NCBI RefSeq assembly: GCF_037042905.1
Contig: NC_087245.1
Coordinates: forward strand, 6,884,001 to 6,948,000
Source: Lytechinus pictus
Lineage: Eukaryota
DNA: 64,000 bases
Direction: 5' to 3'
Part shown: positions 54,175 to 64,000 of the stretch, piece after piece
Numbering within the stretch: the first letter of the stretch is position 1
Layout of the letters: each line of letters begins with the position of its first letter
Made by a program: the position numbers and the translations under genes
The notes under the pieces: generated by a model
The model's input: the letters and a program-made list of their open reading frames with translations, nothing else
The model's database searches: none
Told to the model about the DNA's origin: nothing

Positions 54175-57100
54175 TCTCAGCCCTGATATTTAGTTGGACT
54201 TACTTCCTCCATATTCTATCCCCCCCCCTCTTTTTTGAACGATTTTCTATCTCTATCTTTCCATTCCTTTTTCCTCTTTTCCCCCTTTCTGTATCTTTCC
54301 AACTACCATTATACAGTAAATCCAGCACTTATTTAGCCTTAAAGAAAGGTACTGTAAAATCTGGTGAATATAACACATGATTCAAAAACACAAAAGACAC
54401 AACATTTAATATCTTGTTCTTTATTATTCTTGTTATTTCTTGGACACATCCAGTTAGAGCAAAGAAGAAATTGATAATGACCTGCATTTTAATATAAACT
54501 GATACATATTTCACTAAACAAGTGAAAAATCAAATAATGAACAAAATATCGACTGGAATGGATCAAGGCAGAAATATCTATTGAGATGAAGAAAAATTTT
54601 CATTCGAACTTACTGAGCTTTTTAGTTCAATTAAGATAAGTCGAGAGTATTTCATTAACCAAACTGGTCATGAAAATATTGAAATTTATGGTCTCATCTT
54701 GGATGAAATGCAATCGAATGAAAGCTGAATTCTGTAAAAAGTGACTATAAGACCTATAAAGTTCTATGGAAGAGATGTGTTGATGATTTCCATGTAGCTA
54801 CATGCCTATCACATTTTGGTGACTAAATATGACTACTTTTGAATTCAGTTATTAATGCACCAAATCCCCATTATCTATAACTAATTTGAATTTTCTTCAA
54901 TGATAAAATATAATTTGTTTAAAATAAATCTTAGATACAAGTGTGAAGTACTTAAATCAAAGTAAAGGAATATATATATTTTTTGACAACTTACATTTAC
55001 AATTGACTATGACATTCTGTCCAGCATGCAATAAATCTAGATAAAATTATCAGAATATTACCTCTTACAGAAGTAAACCTACAGTATTCTTAAAGCATTA
55101 TTTTTCATGCCTTTACAAGTACTAGAACAATATGTTTTATGGATTGCAATACACAAACATACATGTACAACAGTCTCCCAACTACGGCAGTTGCAATACA
55201 TTTGGAATATTTAACAATACTACAAGGAAACATCTAAAAAACAAACAAACAATACATTACTATATGATCCAGGAGTTTGAATTATTGGTTAGACATATAA
55301 ATCAAGACCGAAAAATCATCATAATCAATTGATAGTATGAAGTCAAATTACAAATGAATTAATTAAATTTATCATCACCGGAAGGTATTCATTTGTTGTG
55401 AAATATATAAATCGGTGAGATGACATTTGCTCCGGGCTTTATTTCGTCTGAGATGTATGGTTAGGGTTGCAATAGGGTTTTATGTTAGGTTTAGGATAAG
55501 GATAGGGTATAGTGTTGAAGTTGGTCATTCCATTTGAGTGTGGAATTTATAGCGGAGCAATTGTCAGAGCAAATCTCATGGAACCATATATTTAAAACAA
55601 ACTGAATTTAAAGTGAAATACTCCATACAATGTAAGTTCTTAAGGAAGTCCTCTCTAGCCTATTACTGTGCCTATTCAGTACTTTTCTGTAATATTATCT
55701 AACATTTTATTGATCCCACCAACTTGCTACTAACTAGAGTTAAGCTTTACAATGTTTAAAACATATCAGACGAATTTCCAACGAAATACATAAACAACAT
55801 ACACATCTTTAAAAGGTAAATCCGACCCTGAAATTACTTAATCATTTGAAAAAAAAAGCCAGATGTAACTGATAATTCTATAAATTCAGTTTTAAAAAAT
55901 ATTCAAATTTTAGGCTTTCATTGTGGTACAATGTAGGATGTCTGTAATTTGGTGACCGATTATTTCATTAGCTTTCTATTTCATTTGTATGTGTATTCAT
56001 AAGGTCAAATATCAAATGTTTCCATTCCTGATCCATGAATGAGTAAAAATAATTATTGACTTTACAAAATGATAAAAACCATCATCCATGTAACTACTTT
56101 GGTACAAGTGAGAGTGTTTCTTTTACACACAAATACTTGAATATCAGCACTTGAAATGGCATGTATGTTAATTCAATAGACAAGGTGACATGGGCTAAAC
56201 TGGATACAGCCTTGTAAATTCACAATTATGTTTCACAAAAATATGGAAAAATTAAAATGTCACCTTTGTATTTTGGATTCTATTTTAGTGTCCTGTTTTC
56301 TCAAGATCTTTGTGTATTTCATTTCACCCACTCTGAGCTCTATGAAGATGTCAGAACTGCCATTTCTCATTTTGTTTCATGATACAAACAGAAAATCACA
56401 AGGGATTTTAGTCACACTCAAGTGTTGATCAGACAAAAATAGCATGAAGAAAACAATCAAGTTGTCTATAAACTATTCTCAAAGAAACACTCCTTTTGAT
56501 TCATACTATATCGTGACCAAACAAATACTATCAATCCATACAGATATATGACTAATCTTTTCTTCAATCAAGAATAACATAATCAAATGATAGCCGTGAC
56601 ATTTTCAATGTCTCATATAACTGCTAATATGTACAATATTAAGTGTGACAACATTAAGACATCAAAGTGAGTTTGAAAAATAAGATAAATACATGTATAA
56701 TAATTAAAGCACAGAGATGAGAGAAGCCAAGCTTTGTAAATGCAATAATTGTGTCGTACAAGGGAAGTGGAAAAGTAATAGTCATCTTCAAGCAGTAGCT
56801 GCTAGATTGTACTCACTCTCAAGACTAACGAGAGGAAATGTAAATATTATAGACAAAATACTTTATAATAAAATAAAAGTAATGATCATGTTGGCCTGTA
56901 TAAAGTGTCTGACTTAATTTCAACAATATTTTGTAGATGCAGTATATGAAAAAATGCTCAGTTTGACAATAGACCTGTTTAACGATACATATATATTTTT
57001 TTCAAAACAGATTATTCCATATAACCTGAAAGCTTGCTAAATATAGCAACAAGTAATGTATGCAAAATGTATTCTATAATTTGTTTCTTATGAAAACCTA

Positions 57101-58567
57101 CAAGTTAAAGGATACCTTTTCACAAGGATCCGAGGAAAGAAACATCCATAACTTTCAATCACTTTAACAGGCCTATTGATGAAGTTCAAAAAGCAAACTC
57201 AATGAAATAGTAGTGTACCAAATCATTAACATATAAATGTATTTAAGGTATGTGTTAATTTCCAGCCAGGCATTCAATATTTGGCTACCAAATATATACA
57301 AATCTTTGAAGACTAAAGTGTTAACATATTTAAGGTTATAAAGAAGAAAAATACAGTGTTTAATTACGCGCAAGATGTTTTAGCATCTTAAATAAAATAC
57401 AAAAGTACATTCAAGTTGTTTCATTTTAATAGTATGGTTTGTTCTAGAAATGAGGCTGTTACACTATTTCAAGAATGGATTGCAAAATGTGCTTAAATTT
57501 CAAATGCAAGTAGTTCACTTAAGGAAAATAACACCTCCGCAGTAATAAAAGGAATGTATCATACAAATGTAAAGTGACTATTACAGACAAAAGATAATCT
57601 ATTACTGAGCAATGGAAAATCTTGTCGTTTGCATGATCAATACATGCTAATTTTCAGCATTTTATAAACTACAAAATGTAATTTGGCAAAAAAGCAACCC
57701 TATTAAACTTTTCCTCTAACAAGTGTTCACTGCACATGCATTGATGTGGTAGAGCATTACCTATTTATTTATCAACCCTGTCATTGTGCAAAGTTTTCTT
57801 TGAATCTTTTCAATTTGGACAACAAACTTGCAACTGTGTAATGAAGAAATAGAAGATGGGTTAAGATGGAGATGATGTCTCCTTTTCCAATAGATTCCAA
57901 TGATACAATAATTTGTGGTATAGGTTCAGTGTGATTATTTGTTAGTTTCAAGCAGTACACTGTGTCATAATTACCAATTTCAATAGACTATCCTTATTTC
58001 CATTTCCCAATGATTTTATCATTTCTTTTTTTTTTTTTAATATAAAACTGTTGCAGATGGTTATGGGTTAACAGATACGGCATCGCTACATTATATTTGT
58101 TATTGTCACTCCACCATGGGCAGGTTGTTATTTATAACACCTTGGTTATTAGTATGAGATACATGTACAATTTACCTATACAAAGCTATTATCTATTACA
58201 GAATCTGTACAGACTCTCTGTATGTAAATGTGTCAAATCTATGGCAACTGCATGCGCTAGGGGTCTTACATAACAAGTATTAACCAAGTTCTGTGTGGCG
58301 AGAAGGGTAAATGCTGATATGCTGTAGGTTTGGTGTATAACACTGTTATAAACAGGTTTAGTGTAAAAAAAAACTCCTAATGTCTACCACATACATTGTA
58401 GCAATGAAGCAATTGCACGAGACCAGTTTGATTGAGGATGTCCCATGGAGCGAGGAAGATTTTCCAATCTTGTTAATTGTGAACCTAGTGTGAACAGTCC
58501 TAGTGCTTGTTATGTCTTCTCTGTACACATGCCCTGTGGCTTGCCAGATGATGGTATGAAGGTGCAT

Positions 58568-61500
58568 TTACATTGGGACCTTTTCTTCAGGGAGAGGAGG
58601 ATTTGGCTGGGGGTCTGGTGTCCTCTGGTTTGCAGTGCTCTGAAGAACATCCTCAAAACTTGACTCCTCCTCTGGTTTCTGTCCTGAAACTTTGGTCTGC
58701 TGGGCACAAAATATATCAAGAGAATAATTAGAGCATCTATGGAGAGTAACCTTCAGAGATACAATTCTATTCACAATCTATTTGAACTTTTTATAACTGG
58801 TTTTATACAATAGAGTTAAATTTATGTTTGCATTGGCAGAAATATTCTCATGCTGATAATGGGTAGCTACTAGCTAGAGGATCTGGGGAGTGACTTGTCA
58901 GATATTATATCTGACAAAGTCTGTTTTATCTGACAACTGTAACAATGCTTCTTGGTCAATCAAATCAAGAAAAGTTGCCAGATCTGACAACCTGTCAGAT
59001 GATAAATGTTGATGAAATGTTGCCCTGGATGAGGTTCTACATCTATTAAGTTGAAGCCAGGAATACAAAGACCAGAGGCCAGCATCAAGAAGATCTTGCC
59101 AAATATCCTTTTATTTTATTTTTTCAAAGGTTTTTTCTCTCTCTCTCTTTAGTGTTATTTAAAAACCTGAAATAACAAGATTTGTGCAGTAACAAGTTTA
59201 TCTGATGGCTCTGATGACCCCATAACATGTACAATGGCCATCTCAAACTGCATGCTGAACAAACATGAGACAAAGTATTGAAATTAAAAAATCTGAGGCA
59301 ACCAGAATTGTAAAATTGGTCACTAAACTCTGTCTCAAACATTGGTAAAAGTTCAATGATAGGGAACTTGTCAAAAGCCTGTGACAAGTCTTATAGCAGG
59401 AATCCCACTATTTTGCTTTCATTGCAGCCTTCCTGCATTTCTTACAGTACTTTCTTTTGTGATGAATCGGTGATGAAAAGCCTGTTGAAGGATTCCTGCG
59501 GGAAAGATATGGCTCTGACTTTTGAGAAGGAGCCTTTATATTCCCACATCCCACATTGTATATATATTTGTCTTTTGCCCATATAAACGTTAATTTCAAT
59601 ACATATTTGAATTGTGCATAAAATTCCTTTTTAGGTGAAAAATAACCAAAAACATTTGTTAAAAATTTCATAAAGGTACATGTATATAAAGCAAATTTCA
59701 ATCAAACAATTATGAAATTTTCATTTTTAAAAAATTTCAAGTAGTAAAAAATGATTAATGAAGAAATAAGAGCTCTCATCTCTGGTACAGCAAAATTATT
59801 GAATTGAATACAAGAAATGCAACACTCATACATAGTCGCATACAATGCAAAACATTTTTGATCAAATCTTTCGTGAAATATTTCATAATAGAACTGTCAA
59901 TTCAATCAAACGTTGAAAATGAATAAATAAAACTTAATAGACGATTTAAGAGCTAGCATTACAAAGAGCTGTTCCATACCTTTAGTGTTGATGCCGTTGT
60001 TGATACTTTCTCCTCAAATGATTTGAATGCTGTAGATTCTCTGACCTCACCAAGTTTCTTTGAGACAGCTGAACCAAAGCTACTGAAGGCTGCTCCTGTC
60101 TTCTGACCTGCACTCTGAAACCCTGTCTTGGTCTTGTTATATCTGAACAAATACAACATATTTTGATGTATATATTGAATTTATCATTCATAAATAAATT
60201 GCATTCTAGAGCCAAAGATGTATTTTTATTAATTTCTACTCTACTTCAATAGATAGTTCAAATTTTTTCTTCTGGTCCTAACATATCTCTTTTTCATTTC
60301 TTCCTTTGATAATCAACTTGTATCTCATTATCAAAAGAGGATTGAAGTCATTTCCAGAAGCAGATTAATGTTTGCACTTTACCATGAGATATTATCAATC
60401 ATGACTGATTGATTACTTTAGTAAAGTCCTAAATTGAGAGTGATAAGGTGCTAAATGCCATTGTGATGCATCATTTGATGAATTCAGGACATGAGCTAGT
60501 AAAGCAGAGAACATTGTCAAATAACTTTTGCATCTTCATATGTTCATTGATTATACATGAAATGCAATGCAAATTCATTCATATTTTTACATTAAAATGG
60601 AACATACATGGGTATGAAAAATGTAATGTTAGTATGACTATTAAGAAAATCAAATGATGTGATACTTCAGTTTATGAACTATTTAGTAAAAAAAAATACA
60701 GCAGATGTACTAGATGTCCATGCAAATGGGCTGATAATGATGCAATATTTAGCAAATTGAGAAAGAAAATGAGGGAAGTGTTATTTGAAGATGAATCTTT
60801 GAATGCAATGAAGAATGGTTCTATCTTCACAAAAACGGTGGCTTGAGTTGAGCAGCTACCTCCTTTAAACATGAATGTACATAGAACTGAGAGAGTGTGA
60901 CCAACATGAAATTACTGATACATGTACCAGTTGAAAGATGTTTAAAATCCCAAATCATGACATGTTTACATTCATTCAAATGTCCTCCATAAGAAGACGA
61001 ACTGCACATAGCTACGGTACCTTGGCACTTTTCTGAAAGTTAGGAAGTATCCTACATATATATGTAAATTTAATAATTTCATGGCACATTAGTTAAAATC
61101 AATGGTTGAAGTACTGTATATGCTATTTGCTATTATACATGCATTTGAAGTGAATTATATCCAGTCATGAATTTCAGTGATACATGGTTAAAAAAAAATT
61201 GAACAGGCATAACATTAAATATAAAAAAACCATGCTTTGGAAATTTATTCATAGACAATGATATCATTTGTTGTGGTAAAATAATGACTTAAAGGAAAGT
61301 GAGAAGATTTATGTCAAAAGTCATGGGCACTAAAAGTTCAAAGCATATTCATTGACTACCATTGTAACAACTCATTTTATGATAGCTCAAAGTTATATCT
61401 TTCAAGATTTTGAAACAAACTGCCTTCCTCATGCTTAATTGATGAGTTAGATATTAAAGCTTTAAAAAAAAACATGTTATCATTTGAATTTAGAAGCAAC

Positions 61501-62134
61501 GAATAGCTCACAAACTACATTAATCCATTCCCCTTTCTTTCAGTTTGATCAAGTTCACATAAAACTGTGTGTTAGCATGCAAAGGTATTATTTTTTCCCG
61601 TAACTACTGTAGCAAATGCTCTATTTGAGAACAAACTCTGGGTCAGTATTATGGGATTTATCCTGTTTACAATACACCTTGATAATAAAATAAGGAAAAT
61701 ATTTTGGAAGGTTTCTAGGACGTGTAAAAATTTTCATGGCTTCTTGAGAAATCATGTATCTTAAACTCTCTGTACACTGTACACTACCAGTACATGTATA
61801 CGACATCATCTTGGATAAAAATTGTTAATTCCATGTATCACGATTATTATGGGAATATGGTACGGTACTCATGCTGGCATGCTAAATAAATTTAGTTAAT
61901 AACAAAGCACCTGAAGATGAAAATACATTCAAGTATGATGTATCTGTAATACATTACTGAATATATTCGTTTTGAAAGTTCAGTATCTTCTCTGATTTCA
62001 TGATGAATCAACACACTACATGAAATGAAGGCAGACTCTGTCAGTATCTTCAATCAAAGTCATCACCAACTTACAATTCAGACTGTGTTACAGATTCATT
62101 CCAAGTTTTTACTTTGGTACTCGTCCAAATATAC
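58568..62134 (-). CDS. TPD52L2: Tumor protein D52/D54 family protein, 3' part; exons 62134-62075, 60142-59980, 58696-58568; 5' exons lie beyond the window
   Basis: Spliced translation YIWTSTKVKTWNESVTQSELYNKTKTGFQSAGQKTGAAFSSFGSAVSKKLGEVRESTAFKSFEEKVSTTASTLKTKVSGQKPEEESSFEDVLQSTAN...M*. GQKT.AAFS..GS...KKLG and FKSFEEKV are D52-family hallmarks and the phases are consistent. The family call is firm, the paralogue name is not. Confidence 0.9.
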
Positions 62135-62803
62135 CTAGAGAATTCCAGCAAAAAGCATAACAATGAGAAGTTAGGAATTTTGCTCAAACCAAAAATGAGT
62201 TAATTTGAGTCTACAAGGATATTCAACTTCACTGCGTTAAAGGAATAACTATTCAATATCAGGTAGCTGCATAATTGACTTCTTATCGACTATGTTTTGA
62301 ATGCATACTGCTAACCACAGTACTAGAATTGTTTTATGAGCTGAATGTTACAGCTTGAGATAATGTACCTGAACCAAATTTGCAATGCAATAATCAAGCT
62401 GCAAATGGATTAAAAACATACATGTACAATGACTGAATCATTATCTTTATTTAATAGCTGTATCATTGAGGCCATGAACAGCACTGAACATGTACATGTA
62501 AGCTGCCTGCAGTTGTGACAACTTGTGCATAAAGATTATAATTATTGCTTCTTATAATGTGTTAGCTCTCATTTCCATTCGAACATGAAATATCAGTTCA
62601 CAAGCAAAGTTATTGATGACTTTTATACATGTACATGTATGTGCCATTCTTCTTGCATGAACCATATATATCTAGGAGTACATCAAATTGATGATTTAGA
62701 CAATTAGTAAAGTCACAACTCATACAACAAATAGTGGAAATACAAAAATATTCCAATAAATTGACCTCATGCCTCAACAAAAGGTGAGAATATGGGAATT
62801 CTG

Positions 62804-62959
62804 GGGCCTGTTTCATAAAGGACTTACAACTGTTGTAACTTTGCCATAATGGCAACTACCATGGTAAAAGGCCTAGCAGCCAATCATAATCAAGGTTACC
62901 ATGGTAGTTGCCATAATGGCAAAGTTAAAACAGTTGCAAGTCCTTTATGAAACGGGCCC
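62804..62959. mobile_element. Harbinger-like MITE in a TPD52-family intron
   Basis: ctg|gggcctgtttcataaaggacttacaactgtt ... aacagttgcaagtcctttatgaaacgggccc|cag. Confidence 0.85.
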
Positions 62960-64000
62960 CAGATCTTTTCAACATACTTTTTAAGCACCCCCTCCCCCCT
63001 TCCAGAAAAGGGGGAAATTGAGGGGTGGAGAGGTGGAAACCGAAAAAAAAAGAAGTTATGAAAAAGGGACATGGCCAACAGGCCAAGAAAAAGAAGAGGG
63101 TGTGTGTAGAAATAAGAAAAAAGAGAGGGTTATCATAAAAATCAACTTTCAGTGATATAAATATGAACATTTATGCCCAAAAAACTACCCTCTTGTACTA
63201 TGGAAGGGACAGTAAAAAGATAAATATAAGTTTGTCGACCTATTCTGTATTCAAATAACCAGCAAAATACAGAAGCACATGATTATAAAAACACCTGAGT
63301 GATAGTAAGGCCAATTGACAAAGCAATTAATTAAATTTAAAGAGAAACATCAGCATGCAATTCCATCCAAATCATGTATGTCTTGTCTTGATGTAGGAGT
63401 TTACTGATTTGAAATGTTTAATATACCATTCATAATTCTCCCTAATGCATATAGCTGCCGCCTGTGGTGCTCTAATTTTTTCATTCAATTATTGGAAACT
63501 TCTGGTTATAACGAGCATACGCTTACTTTACTCACATTTATGCTGAAGATATTATTCATTTATGGTTACAATCTTGTAAATAAAAGGTACTTTACAATTT
63601 AACATGATAAATGGGATTTTTCTCTGAAATGGCCCAATGCTGGGCCATGGAAACTATGGGAAATATCGCTGGATGAGGACCGTTACTTGGGTCAGGTGAA
63701 ATATTGGTCATGCACAAAGCCATCGTCTGGTGGCACACACCGGCGCTTGCGTTCTGCCTCGGCTTGGTCGCACTCTTCTCTGATGAGGCTTTCCTGGCAA
63801 GAGTTGCAATTTAAATTTATTTGTTTTATAGGTTGAACTTGTAGGAACATTTCCTTTATTTAAAGTCTATTAATGGCAAAACAGACACTCTCCGAAAACT
63901 GGTCATTGTGTTGATAGATTTCTGCTCGTGAAAGGTACATGAATGTTTACAAGGTTGGAAATGACAAGTTCAATGCGTTTTGCATACGTGTCTAAAGCAT

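Noticed and set aside
59103..59111. Single ATATCCTTT U12-type 5'ss motif
   Set aside because: It is solitary and antisense to the TPD52-family transcript, so it is compatible with chance in AT-rich DNA.
60860..60886. 27-nt AG/GT-bounded micro-exon candidate in the TPD52-family intron
   Set aside because: It contains TAA in the required phase, has a weak donor and has no other support.

Overview
AT-rich, intron-rich animal genomic DNA. The repeat landscape suggests a sea urchin or other echinoderm (inference, not tested). Three spliced protein-coding genes were reconstructed by hand with consistent GT-AG phases: a complete OATP/SLCO organic anion transporter (+, 18141-26461, 10 coding exons, 668 aa), a complete U11/U12 snRNP 48 kDa protein SNRNP48 (+, 41458-51736, 8 coding exons, 330 aa), and the 3' part of a convergent TPD52/D54-family gene (-, 58568-62134, continuing beyond the window). 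The rest is dense in non-autonomous DNA transposons, SINE and LINE fragments, and a 2 kb 21-bp minisatellite. The most interesting signal is a tandem pair of U12-type 5' splice-site motifs (ATATCCTT x2, 46988-47010) in the fourth coding intron of SNRNP48, about 100 nt downstream of a cryptic acceptor that reads straight into a stop codon. This is the architecture of the USSE autoregulatory poison-exon switch of the minor spliceosome. Also notable are a 4.9 kb element with a 7-bp target duplication and 6-bp termini that splits a MITE, and a near-perfect inverted repeat with 460-bp arms in an SNRNP48 intron.
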